Shown: positions 17,968 through 26,819 of the stretch, piece by piece
Layout of the letters: each line of letters starts with the position of its first letter
How positions within the stretch are numbered: the stretch's first letter is position 1
NCBI GenBank assembly: GCA_046292385.1
Contig: JBKBRF010000036.1
Location: 1-64,000 of the forward strand
DNA length: 64,000 nucleotides
Reading direction: 5' to 3'
Source: Armatimonadota bacterium
Lineage (GTDB): Bacteria > Armatimonadota > SYMT01
The notes under the pieces: model-generated
The model's database searches: none
What the model was told of the DNA's origin: nothing
What the model saw: the letters and a program-made list of their open reading frames with translations, nothing else
Position numbers and translations under genes: made by a program

Positions 17968-18873
17968 TTACCGCATCGGCCGGCCGCGGAGGCGCTCGCC
18001 GTTGGTGTCCAGGATCTGGAAGTGGTGGATGCCGCCGGGCCGGTCGTCGGTGTAGGTCCAGACGATCTGCTTGTCCCGGGTGATCTCCGTCAGGCGTGTC
18101 TCGTTCGGCTTGGCGCGGTAGCTGGTGATCACGGTGTTCCCGTTCGGCAGCCGCTGCACGCCGCAGCAGTCGTTGAGCGGGTCGCCGGGCAGGTCGTCGT
18201 TGGTCACCTGCCAGACCGTCTCGCCCTTCGGATCGACCTCGATCACCAGGTTGCCCCAGGTGCAGCCGATCAGCGTGTTGCCGTTCTCCAGCCGGATAGC
18301 GGTGAACGGCATGTGCGGGGTCTTGACCTCCCAGACCGGCTTGCCGTCCGGCGAGTACTCCCGGACCACGCGGTCCCACAGGTGCGGCACCAGGGTGTTG
18401 CCGTTGCGCAGGCGGCGCGACATCCGCTGCTGCATGTGGGTGTCGTTCCGCTGCGAGGGGAGCGGCAGCTCCTTCACGATCTTCCCCTCGGGGTCGACTT
18501 CGAGCAGCCGCGGGTTCTTCCCCGCCTCGCTGATCAGCGTATTCCCGTTCCGGAGGCGCTGGGCGGTGTCCAGCTCGTCCTGCGACCCCTGGAACTCGAA
18601 GACCACCTTCTGGTCCCGGGTCACCTCCACCACGGAGCCGGGCTTGCCGGAGAGCGTGAGCAGGAGGTTTCCGTTCGGGAGCACCCAGCCGTCCCGGGTG
18701 CCCTTGGGGTAGCTCCAGACCACCTTGCCGCTGCCGTCGACGATGCGCGTCTCCGGCCCGGTGGCGAGGAAGGAGTGAGTGATCTTCGGCGCGGCATCCT
18801 GCGCCAGTGCCGCCGCGGCGGTCAGGAGGCCGAGCGCGAGCGGAAGCAAGGGACGAAACGGACGGAAAGCCAT
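17968..18873 (-). CDS. Secreted beta-propeller repeat protein (PQQ-like/arylsulfotransferase-like)
   Basis: Signal peptide; repeated RL.NGNTLI and EV…GK.VW units. Confidence 0.8.
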   Translation of the reverse strand: MAFRPFRPLLPLALGLLTAAAALAQDAAPKITHSFLATGPETRIVDGSGKVVWSYPKGTRDGWVLPNGNLLLTLSGKPGSVVEVTRDQKVVFEFQGSQDELDTAQRLRNGNTLISEAGKNPRLLEVDPEGKIVKELPLPSQRNDTHMQQRMSRRLRNGNTLVPHLWDRVVREYSPDGKPVWEVKTPHMPFTAIRLENGNTLIGCTWGNLVIEVDPKGETVWQVTNDDLPGDPLNDCCGVQRLPNGNTVITSYRAKPNETRLTEITRDKQIVWTYTDDRPGGIHHFQILDTNGERLRGRPMR

Positions 18874-18959
18874 CTGGGACTCCGAAAGTGACGGACCGGC
18901 CCAGCGCCGGTCCTGACGGCAGGTTCGTCCCGCTTCCCCGCCAGCCCTCCCGAACGGTC

Positions 18960-19158
18960 AACCACAGAGCACACAGAGAACACCGAGAGGACACGAACGG
19001 GGAATCACCGCAGAGAGCGCAAAGGACGCAGAGAGGAACCAAAAGGAGAAACTGCGGGGCCGCAGTACGGTGTTCGTGGAGCGGATCAGGCCCCTCCCGC
19101 TCAACCTCTGGTTCCCCTCTGCGTTTCCTCTGCGTTCTCCGCGTCCTCTGCGGTGAAT
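18960..19158. repeat. Nested REP/MITE-like element, CACAGAG/CGCAGAG family
   Basis: CACCGCAGAG…CTCTGCGGTG arms around the conserved core GGAGAAACT.CGGGGCCGCAGTACGG. Confidence 0.8.
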
Positions 19159-19282
19159 AAGTTCGGAGCCTCACCCCCGGGAAGGAGCATGCGCTTCCCG
19201 TACGCAAACAACCTCGTAACGGGGCGGGCTTCCGGTTACTGCCCGGGGGCCTTTTTCCGCTCCCCCGAACTCCCTGACAACG

Positions 19283-20404
19283 ATGAAGCGAAACGAGACT
19301 CTCCCCGCGGGCGATGCGGCCCGCTCTGACCAGGACGCCCGGCTCGGTCGGCGCGGCTTCCTGACCGCCGCCGCGAGCGCCATCGCAGCGGTGGCGACCG
19401 CCGGCAAGGCCGCGGAGGCGGCCGCGCAGCGCGACTACGGCCCCAACGCTCCCCCGGTGCGCTATCCGGAGCCGGACGTGGTGGTCCTGGACCCGCGCTT
19501 TGCGAAGTACAAGGTCGGCAACTCGCCGATCCGCCGGCTCCACACCGGCATGCTCTGGGCGGAAGGTCCCGCCTGGAATGGCGTGGGCCGCTACCTGATG
19601 TGGAGCGACATCCCGAATAACGTGCAGCTCCGCTGGCTGGAGGAGGACGGGCACGTCAGCACCTTCCGCAACCCGGCCGGCAACAGCAACGGCAACACCT
19701 TCGACTACCAGGGCCGCCAGATCTCCTGCGAGCACGGCAACCGCCGCGTGGTGCGGTACGAGTACGACGGCACCGTCACGGTGCTCGCCGACAAGTTCGA
19801 CGGTAAGCCGTTCAACGCGCCGAACGACGCGGTGGTGCACCCGGACGGGAGCATCTGGTTCACCGACCCCGGCTACGGCAGTCTCGGCCACTACGAGGGG
19901 AACAAGGGCGACCTGAAGCTGAAGGAAGCGGTCTACCGGGTCGACTCGAAGACCAATCGCATTCAGAAGGTGACCGACGAGATCTTCAAGCCGAACGGTC
20001 TCTGCTTCTCCCCGGACTACAAGAAGCTCTACGTGGCGGACACCGGCTCCAGCCACTATCCCGAAGCGCCGAAGAACATCAAGGTGTGGGACGTGGTCGA
20101 CGACAGCAAGCTGGCGCGCGGCCGCGAGTTCACCTCCATGAAGCTGGGGGACAAGGCCGGCCTGGCGGACGGCATCCGCGCGGACAAGGACGGCAACATC
20201 TGGGCCAGCGCCGGCTGGGTGGGCGAAGGCTACGACGGCGTCCACATCTTCGCGCCGGACGGGGCGCGGATCGGGCAGATCCTGCTGCCGGAAATCTGCA
20301 GCAACGTCTGCTTCGGCGGCGCCAAGCGGAACCGGCTCTTCATGACCGGAAGCCAGTCGCTCTACACCGTCTACGTGGAGGCCCAGGGGGCGCACATCGC
20401 CTGA
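19283..20404 (+). CDS. SMP-30/gluconolactonase family protein with Tat signal
   Basis: GRRGFL; WAEGPAW, WSDIPNN, NSNGNT, NAPND, KPNGLCFSPD, ADGIR.D. Confidence 0.93.
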   Translation: MKRNETLPAGDAARSDQDARLGRRGFLTAAASAIAAVATAGKAAEAAAQRDYGPNAPPVRYPEPDVVVLDPRFAKYKVGNSPIRRLHTGMLWAEGPAWNGVGRYLMWSDIPNNVQLRWLEEDGHVSTFRNPAGNSNGNTFDYQGRQISCEHGNRRVVRYEYDGTVTVLADKFDGKPFNAPNDAVVHPDGSIWFTDPGYGSLGHYEGNKGDLKLKEAVYRVDSKTNRIQKVTDEIFKPNGLCFSPDYKKLYVADTGSSHYPEAPKNIKVWDVVDDSKLARGREFTSMKLGDKAGLADGIRADKDGNIWASAGWVGEGYDGVHIFAPDGARIGQILLPEICSNVCFGGAKRNRLFMTGSQSLYTVYVEAQGAHIA

Positions 20405-20569
20405 CGCTGGACTGAGTGGGAGAGTGGGAGAAAGGGAGAGTGGGAGAGCCGGACCTCCATTCGGGACCCGATCCTACTCACCCTTTGCCCCATTCCACGA
20501 CGGGTGCATCGTTACGGCCAGGGAGCTGCATCCCTGGCCGTAGCTGCATGCTGGCTGCGCTCTACAGCG

Positions 20570-20899
20570 TCACCGGCGGTCGTAGCGGTTGGTCTTGCGG
20601 ACGTGGACCCGCTTTGCCAGCGCGTCGAACCGCCGGTCCAGGTCGCGCCGCTCCACGTTGGAGAGGCCGTTGCCGGACTTGCGGTACCGCGCTTCTCGCT
20701 GCGTGAGCTCGCGGAACTCGGTGCGCAGCCGGGCCGCTTCGGCCCGCGTGAGCTCGCCGGAGCGCACTCCCTGGTCGATGCGTCGGTCGAGGACCGACTG
20801 TCGCTTGTTGATCGATTTCCACGGCGCTGCTTGCGCCGTAACGGCCGAGAGGCCGAGGATGGCCGTGGTGGCGGAGATGAGGATGAGAAACCGCTTCAT
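20570..20899 (-). CDS. Small secreted helical protein
   Basis: Signal peptide MKRFLILISATT…AQA; IN.RQ…RIDQGVRSGELTR.EA..L motif. Confidence 0.75.
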   Translation of the reverse strand: MKRFLILISATTAILGLSAVTAQAAPWKSINKRQSVLDRRIDQGVRSGELTRAEAARLRTEFRELTQREARYRKSGNGLSNVERRDLDRRFDALAKRVHVRKTNRYDRR

Positions 20900-21038
20900 C
20901 GCTGTCCTTTTCGCAGCGGACCCCCGCTGAAACTCCGGGGTCCTTCGTTCTTGCTCCACCCGTCCAGACCGTCTGGGACCGTCTTACGTTCCCGGGAACC
21001 CGCCCATCCTTTAGAAGGAGCGGCTGGTCCACCGCTCG

Positions 21039-22013
21039 CTACAGCCGCTCGTTGGGAAGCTGTTCCGGCCTGGTGCGGCTGAAGGCGCTCCACTGGCGGT
21101 CGATCTCCGCGAGGGCGGGGACGCCTCGGTGGACGTAGAGGCCGTAGCGGAGCCAGAGCGGCTTGCCCGGCTCGATGGTGCGGGGCGCGTCGAACGTGAG
21201 GCTGGCACCCATCCAGCCGTCTCCGCGGACGTGGAAGTGGCTCGGGTGGTTCGCGTTGGACGGGTGGTCGAAGAGGGTGAGCCCCTCGTTCACGCCGGGG
21301 AGGATCGGACCGGAGTAGTCGACCCACCGCGCGCGCTTCCAGAAGACGCCGTTCGGCCCCTGCTCGTCGACGTTCCCCTCGGAGTTGCGGATCGTCCCGC
21401 CGCCGTCCAGCACGCCGATCGTCTTCGCCATCCGGACCGCCGCCATGCCGAACGGGGTCTTGCCGAGCACCGCCGGCTCGCGCTCCGTCTCGAGCTGGAG
21501 GTCGAGCACCAGCAGCCACTCCCCGTTCTCCAGGTCGACCGCCCGCATGCCGCGCCGCTCCACGATGTGGACGCGGTCGTCCTTCCCGACCCAGTGATTG
21601 ATCGCGACGATCGAGGCGTCCCGGTCGCCGTCCGAGTACTTCGAGATGTACTGGTGAACGATCCGGCCGGGACCGTCGTCGGCCCAGAAGACGTCGCCGT
21701 TCACGTCGTTGTGGGAGACCCAGAAGGAGTTGTGGTGGAGGTGGCTCACGGAGGCGTGGGGGTGCCCCATCCGGGTGAGCGAGCGTCCGGAGGGGCCGAG
21801 GATCGGGTAGAGATACGGCCGCCGCAGCTCCGGGGAGAAGTAGTAGCGGGTCAGCTCCCGGCCATCCCGCTCCAGCGACGCCTGGTGCAGCGGCTGCGGC
21901 AGCGCCTGCATGCGGGGCACCGGCTTGGCATTCGGCAGCGGCACCTCCGCCGCTCCCCCTCGCGCGGCCAGCGCGGCCAGCCCCATCGTCGTCAGCAGTT
22001 CTCTGCGGTCCAT
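21039..22013 (-). CDS. PmoA-family (DUF6807-like) protein, Tat-like signal
   Basis: MDRRELL; RPYLYP, H.HHNSFW, WVDYSG, DHP.N..HP..FHVR.DG. Confidence 0.8.
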   Translation of the reverse strand: MDRRELLTTMGLAALAARGGAAEVPLPNAKPVPRMQALPQPLHQASLERDGRELTRYYFSPELRRPYLYPILGPSGRSLTRMGHPHASVSHLHHNSFWVSHNDVNGDVFWADDGPGRIVHQYISKYSDGDRDASIVAINHWVGKDDRVHIVERRGMRAVDLENGEWLLVLDLQLETEREPAVLGKTPFGMAAVRMAKTIGVLDGGGTIRNSEGNVDEQGPNGVFWKRARWVDYSGPILPGVNEGLTLFDHPSNANHPSHFHVRGDGWMGASLTFDAPRTIEPGKPLWLRYGLYVHRGVPALAEIDRQWSAFSRTRPEQLPNERL

Positions 22014-22162
22014 GATTCCTCCGTTCGCGCCCCCGACCTGAAGGTTCGCTTCCGGCCGGCCGTTCCCTGTGCCGGGGGAGGAGTGCGCGCTCGTCCGCTC
22101 GAAGGATGCAGGGCGGTTCCCGCGGTGGACCGCTTCTGGAGAGTAGTGGGAGAAGAGCTCGG

Positions 22163-23320
22163 ATGCGCATCGAGTCGTTCACGGTTTCTGGCTTCGCCAA
22201 TCTCACCCGGCCGGTCACGCTCACCCCGCTGGAGGACGTGAACGCGCTCTACGGACCGAACGACGTTGGCAAGGGGAACCTGCTTCGCGCACTGGAGCTC
22301 TACTTCCGGCTGATGGGCATCGGCGAAGAGGTGACCAAGACGCAGGTGAAGATCCTCGACATCTCGTCCGACGAGGCCTCCGCCTGGCTCACCAGCTCCT
22401 TCAACCGGTACGAGGCGGCGCCGGTCCAGCTCGAGGCGCGCTGGCAGATCTCCGAGCGCGACCTGGAGCGCTACGGCCTCTTCCCGGAGCACCCGTGCGG
22501 CACGATGACGACCGGCCTGGAGCTGAAGTCGCTCGGCCGCGCTGTGGAGCTGCGCGTCACGCGCTGGCTGCTGCAGGACAAAGACGTCGCGCAGCTCGAC
22601 CGCACCCGCGACGCCGCCCTGACCGGCTTCGCGCAGCAGCTGCGGCGGCTGGTGAGCGACGCCCGCCCGTTCCAGCAGGAGCAGCCGATCCTGCCGGTCG
22701 CCTGGCTCGGCCGCGAGAGCGAGGAGTTCTCCCAGGCGCAGCGGGACGCATTGTTCGACGCGCGGCAGTCCGCCTCTCCGGGCCCGCGCCGCCGCTGGGC
22801 GCTCTTCGCCGCCCTCGCCGGGACGCTCCAGCCGGAGCTGGGCGAGGGGAGCTGGGAGACGGTTTACGACCGCGAGACCGGCCGCGCCGACATCGTCTTC
22901 ATCCGCGGCGAGGAGCTGATCCGCCTGGAGCAGCTCGGCTCAGGTCTTCGCCGCTTCGCCGGCCTGCTGGCGGAAGTCGCGCTGGCGGAGCATCCGGTGC
23001 TCTGCCTGGAAGAGCCGGAGTGGCGCCTCTCTCCGGAGCTGCAGGGCCGCCTGATCAAGCTGGTCCAGCAGGTGGTCCACTCCGGCGTCGGCCCCCGGCA
23101 GCTCTTCCTCACCACGCACAGCCCCTATCTCGCCGGGGCCTCCGCCGCGTTCGCCGTCGACCGCCGGGACGGCGGCCCGGAGGTGGAGCGGCGCCCGTGG
23201 GGAGAGGCCCTCGCCGCGGAGACCTCCGCCGCCGGCACGAGCGACGATCTCGGCGGCCTCATCGGCCTGGTCGAGTCGCTCGCGGAGCTGGAGCCGGAGC
23301 AAATCCTTTCTAAAGGCTAA
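22163..23320 (+). CDS. ABC-class ATPase of the AAA_15/AAA_21 (OLD/AbiEii-like) type with degenerate motifs
   Basis: MRIESFTVSGF; Walker A GPNDVGKG; LGSG signature; LEEPE; LTTHSP. Confidence 0.8.
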   Translation: MRIESFTVSGFANLTRPVTLTPLEDVNALYGPNDVGKGNLLRALELYFRLMGIGEEVTKTQVKILDISSDEASAWLTSSFNRYEAAPVQLEARWQISERDLERYGLFPEHPCGTMTTGLELKSLGRAVELRVTRWLLQDKDVAQLDRTRDAALTGFAQQLRRLVSDARPFQQEQPILPVAWLGRESEEFSQAQRDALFDARQSASPGPRRRWALFAALAGTLQPELGEGSWETVYDRETGRADIVFIRGEELIRLEQLGSGLRRFAGLLAEVALAEHPVLCLEEPEWRLSPELQGRLIKLVQQVVHSGVGPRQLFLTTHSPYLAGASAAFAVDRRDGGPEVERRPWGEALAAETSAAGTSDDLGGLIGLVESLAELEPEQILSKG

Positions 23321-23431
23321 AGGCTAAAGGCTACTAAAGGCAGAAGGCTGAAGGCTGAAGGCTGAAGGCAGAAGGCTGAAGGCTGAAGGCAGAAGGCTGA
23401 AGGCTGAAGGCTGAAGGCTGAAGGCTGAAGG
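23311..23431. repeat. Heptamer tandem array (TAAAGGC/TGAAGGC/AGAAGGC), ~17 units
   Basis: Counted directly from the sequence; overlaps the ATPase stop codon. Confidence 0.95.
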
Positions 23432-23495
23432 GGCGAACAGGGGGGTGTGTGGTCGAAAAGCTCTCATCTTCCTTCTTTCCTCTCTGTGACTTGCC

Positions 23496-23504
23496 TGGTA
23501 TACT
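23496..23504 (+). promoter_or_regulatory. Extended -10 promoter element
   Basis: TGGTATACT. Confidence 0.5.
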
Positions 23505-23509
23505 GCTTC

Positions 23510-23722
23510 CGAACCGGAGCTCGGACGCGGACGTTCGCGAAATGATCAGCAGCCTCACCCTCATCGTTAGCTGGCCCCGTCTCAGTGCGGGAGCGGATGC
23601 CGTCGAGGTCCGCGCCCATGCTGGGCGTCCGTCCGGTTCCGGAGAGCGCGTCGTGTAGAGCTGGCTCCACGGCAGAGCGTTTCCGGTCACGGGCGGTCTC
23701 CGCTCCGTGGCCTTTTTGTTTT
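23510..23722 (+). ncRNA. Candidate structured ncRNA or leader RNA (family not recognised)
   Basis: Upstream promoter, multiple helices and an intrinsic terminator; no convincing ORF. Confidence 0.45.
23685..23722 (+). terminator. Intrinsic terminator upstream of the ABC transporter
   Basis: GGTCACGG-GCGG/CCGC-CCGTGGCC hairpin followed by TTTTTGTTTT. Confidence 0.75.
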
Positions 23723-23911
23723 CTGGCCCGGCTACCGACGTAACGGTCTGAGTGGGCGGAGAGGGAGAGTGGGCGAGTGGGAGACTGGCTCTCGTGAGCA
23801 GCTTCTCCCACTCTCGGCACACCCATCCCGAGCCGTAGCTCCCGTCAGGTAGTCGACGACTCGATACACCAGTTCCGGCCCCGAGGGCCGCGTGCGAGAG
23901 GATCTCATCGC

Positions 23912-26137
23912 ATGTCTCTGCTTCAGGAAGAAAAGCTGTCGGCCGCTCCGTCCCCGCCGCCGGAGCCGGCGGAGGGGCTGGAGGCGGTGTTGATGCAGGA
24001 GAGCGCCGACCTGGTCAGCGAGGCGTCGCACCGGTACGGCCGGCGGGACGTTCGCGTGAGCCGCGCCGGGGTGGCGGTCTACGACGAGCACGACGCCCGG
24101 GTCTTCTGGATCCCCATGGCGGACATCCGCTCCGCGCGGACCGAGCCGCTCGTCGGCGGCGGTCGGCTGGAGCTCACCACGCGGGAGGGGATCGTCCCGG
24201 TGGTGGAGTTCACCGCCTCCGTGGCGGCGCGCTTCTCCGAGATGGCGCGCGGCATCGAGCAGCTGGCCCGTGGCGAGGAGCTGCACGTCAAGCTGAAGCA
24301 GGAGCGGACCCGCTGCGAGGCGTGCGGGCGGCTGCTGCCGGAGAAGGACGGCCGCTGCGCCGCCTGCGTCAAGCGGATGGCGGTGCTGGGCCGGATCTTC
24401 TCTTACATGACGCCCTACCGGGGCCGCGCCCTCATCGTGGCGCTCACCTCGCTCGGCGGCATCGTGGCGTCGCTGGCGCTGCCGGAGATGACGCGGCGCA
24501 TCACCGACGAGGTGCTGACCGGGAGCGTCTCCATGGCGGAGGCGATCCCGAAGCTGCTGCTCTACGTGGGCGGGATGCTGCTCTCCCTGGCGATTGGGGC
24601 GCTGTTCCAGATCGTGAAGGGGTGCCACGTCGCCTACCTCTCCGGGCACATCGCCAAGGATATCCGCGCCCACGTCTACCAGTCGCTGGAGCGGCTGCAG
24701 CTCAGCTTCTACGACAAGAAGCAGCTCGGCGCGATCACCAGCCGTGTGACGCAGGATACCGACCGCATCTGGGGCTTCCTGGTGGAAGGGGTGCCATACC
24801 TGATCACGGCGCTGCTGATGGTCGCCGGGACCGCGGTGTTCGGCCTCTGGCTCAACTGGAAGCTGACGATCGCCGTGCTCTCCCCGGTGCCGCTGCTGGC
24901 CATCGCGGGCGTCTTCTTCTGGAAGCCGATGTCGGCGCTCTTCTACCGGGTGGGCCAGAAGTGGGGACGCTTCCACACGCACCTGAACGAGTCGATCGCC
25001 GGCATCCGCATGGTGAAGGCGTTCACCCAGGAAGGCGGCGAGTGGGAGAAGTTCAGCCGCCGGAACAACGAGCTGGCGGAAGCCGGGGTGCGGGCGGACC
25101 GGCGCTGGTACATCTTCTCCGGCGGGATGATGTTCTTCACCGGCTGGGGATCGCTGATCAACTGGACCTACGGCGGCTACCTGGTGCTGAGTGGGGAGAT
25201 GACCCTCGGGACGCTGCTGGCGGCGAACCAGCTCCTCTGGCAGGTCTACGGCCCGCTCCAGTGGTTCGCGCAGGTGAACCAGTGGTTCTCCCGCGCGATG
25301 GCGGGCGCTGAGCGGATCTTCGAGGTGATCGACCAGCAGCCGGAGGCCTACGACAACGCGGACGCGGTCCCGATGCCGCAGATGGAAGGGGCCGTCACCT
25401 TCGAGAACGTGCGGTTCGGCTACGACAAGAGCAACCCGGTGCTGAAGGGCATCCAGCTCGACGTGAAGCCGGGCGAGATGATCGGGCTGGTGGGGAAGTC
25501 GGGTGCGGGGAAATCGACCACCGTCAGCCTCCTCTGCCGCTTCTACGAGGTCGACTCCGGCACGCTGAAGGTCGACGGGGTCGACATCAAGGAGATCAAG
25601 CTGGAGGACCTGCGGAAGCACATCGGGATCGTGCCGCAGGAGCCGTTCCTCTTCGCCGGGACGGTAGCGGAGAACATCGCCTACGGGAAGCCGGGCGCGA
25701 GCATGGAGGAGATCATGACCGCCGCCCGGGCCGCCTGCGCGCACGACTTCATCGCCGCCAAGCCGGACGGTTATGACACGCAGGTCGGCGAGAAGGGCGC
25801 CAAGCTCTCCGGCGGGGAGCGGCAGCGGGTCGCCATCGCCCGCGCGATCCTGCACAACCCGAAGATCCTGATCCTCGACGAGGCGACCAGCTCGGTCGAC
25901 GTGGAGACGGAGCGGAAGATCCAGCAGGCGATCGCCACGCTCGTGGCGGGCCGCACCACCTTCGCCATCGCGCACCGCCTCTCCACGCTGCGGAACGCCG
26001 ACCGCCTGGTGGTGCTGGAGAAGGGGGAGATCGTGGAGATCGGCACCCACGCGGAGCTGATGGAGAAGCAGGGCGAGTTCTACAAGCTGGTGCAGACCCA
26101 GGCGCAGACCTCCGCCGCCTTCGCGGTCTCGGGGTAG
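23912..26137 (+). CDS. ABC exporter (fused TMD+NBD) with N-terminal extension and CxxC-CxxC zinc ribbon
   Basis: GKSGAGKST, LSGGERQR, ILDEATS, IAHRLST; CEAC…CAAC. Confidence 0.93.
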   Translation: MSLLQEEKLSAAPSPPPEPAEGLEAVLMQESADLVSEASHRYGRRDVRVSRAGVAVYDEHDARVFWIPMADIRSARTEPLVGGGRLELTTREGIVPVVEFTASVAARFSEMARGIEQLARGEELHVKLKQERTRCEACGRLLPEKDGRCAACVKRMAVLGRIFSYMTPYRGRALIVALTSLGGIVASLALPEMTRRITDEVLTGSVSMAEAIPKLLLYVGGMLLSLAIGALFQIVKGCHVAYLSGHIAKDIRAHVYQSLERLQLSFYDKKQLGAITSRVTQDTDRIWGFLVEGVPYLITALLMVAGTAVFGLWLNWKLTIAVLSPVPLLAIAGVFFWKPMSALFYRVGQKWGRFHTHLNESIAGIRMVKAFTQEGGEWEKFSRRNNELAEAGVRADRRWYIFSGGMMFFTGWGSLINWTYGGYLVLSGEMTLGTLLAANQLLWQVYGPLQWFAQVNQWFSRAMAGAERIFEVIDQQPEAYDNADAVPMPQMEGAVTFENVRFGYDKSNPVLKGIQLDVKPGEMIGLVGKSGAGKSTTVSLLCRFYEVDSGTLKVDGVDIKEIKLEDLRKHIGIVPQEPFLFAGTVAENIAYGKPGASMEEIMTAARAACAHDFIAAKPDGYDTQVGEKGAKLSGGERQRVAIARAILHNPKILILDEATSSVDVETERKIQQAIATLVAGRTTFAIAHRLSTLRNADRLVVLEKGEIVEIGTHAELMEKQGEFYKLVQTQAQTSAAFAVSG

Positions 26138-26173
26138 AGCTGTTTTCCTCCGCGTCGAAAGAGAAAGAACCGA

Positions 26174-26647
26174 ATGGACGTGAACGAAATTCGACTGTTC
26201 TACCAGCCGGCGGGGACCTTGCGCGCGACGGTGGGGGAGGACCGCTCTTACCCGGTGGTACGGCTCTACCAGGCGTGGCCGCTCTCCCGGCCGGGGCAGT
26301 ACCTCTCTCTCCAGGACGCCAAGGGAGACGAGTTCGCGCTGGTGCCGCGGCTGGAAGACCTGGCGCCGGAGTCGCGGCTGGTGGCGCAGGAAGAGATCCG
26401 CCGCCGCTACCTGACGGCACGGGTGGACGCGGTGGAGTCGGTGCGCACCGAGTTCGGCGTTACCTACTGGACGGTCCGCACCGATAAGGGCGCCCGCGAC
26501 TTCGTGGTGCAAAGCCTGAGCGAGTCGTGCGTCTGGCTGAGCGAGCGGCACGTGCTGATCAGCGACGTCGACGGCAACCGCTTCGAGATCGGGGACCTGA
26601 CCACGCTCGACGAAGCCAGCAAGCGGTGGCTAGAACTCGTTTTCTAG
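26174..26647 (+). CDS. DUF1854 domain protein
   Basis: AWPLS.P..YLS, EEIRRRY, W.V.TDKG.R.F, I.DVDGNRF.I; directly follows this ABC type. Confidence 0.85.
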   Translation: MDVNEIRLFYQPAGTLRATVGEDRSYPVVRLYQAWPLSRPGQYLSLQDAKGDEFALVPRLEDLAPESRLVAQEEIRRRYLTARVDAVESVRTEFGVTYWTVRTDKGARDFVVQSLSESCVWLSERHVLISDVDGNRFEIGDLTTLDEASKRWLELVF

Positions 26648-26688
26648 TCACTGAAGTGCTACTCGGGACGCGTTGGAGTGGCTCGTTA

Positions 26689-26806
26689 GAAGTTAACAGG
26701 TTTGCAGGTTACAGTTTGGCAGGTTCCGAACTCCGTCTGGCGCAGAGCCCAACCTGCAACTTGCTAACTTGCCAACCTGCAACCTGCTAACTTGCCAACC
26801 TGCAAC
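26689..26806. repeat. AACCTGC-family inverted array element
   Basis: (CAGGTT..)n left arm and (AACCTGC/AACTTGC)n right arm around a CCGAAC…CCGTCTGG spacer. Confidence 0.85.
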
Positions 26807-26819
26807 GAACCCTATCCAC

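Noticed and set aside
21039..22013. Methane monooxygenase function for the PmoA-family gene
   Set aside because: It is a soluble exported-type protein with no pmoB/pmoC nearby; the family name does not imply methane oxidation.
23311..23431. Possible CRISPR array
   Set aside because: It is a pure 7-bp tandem repeat with no spacers, and no cas genes are in the window.
23542..23658. 38-aa ORF MISSLTLIVSWP… inside the candidate RNA
   Set aside because: No RBS, atypical codon usage and no leader-peptide signature.
23657..23690. T-box antiterminator
   Set aside because: The bulge reads TGGCTCC rather than TGGNACC and the flanking helices do not fit.
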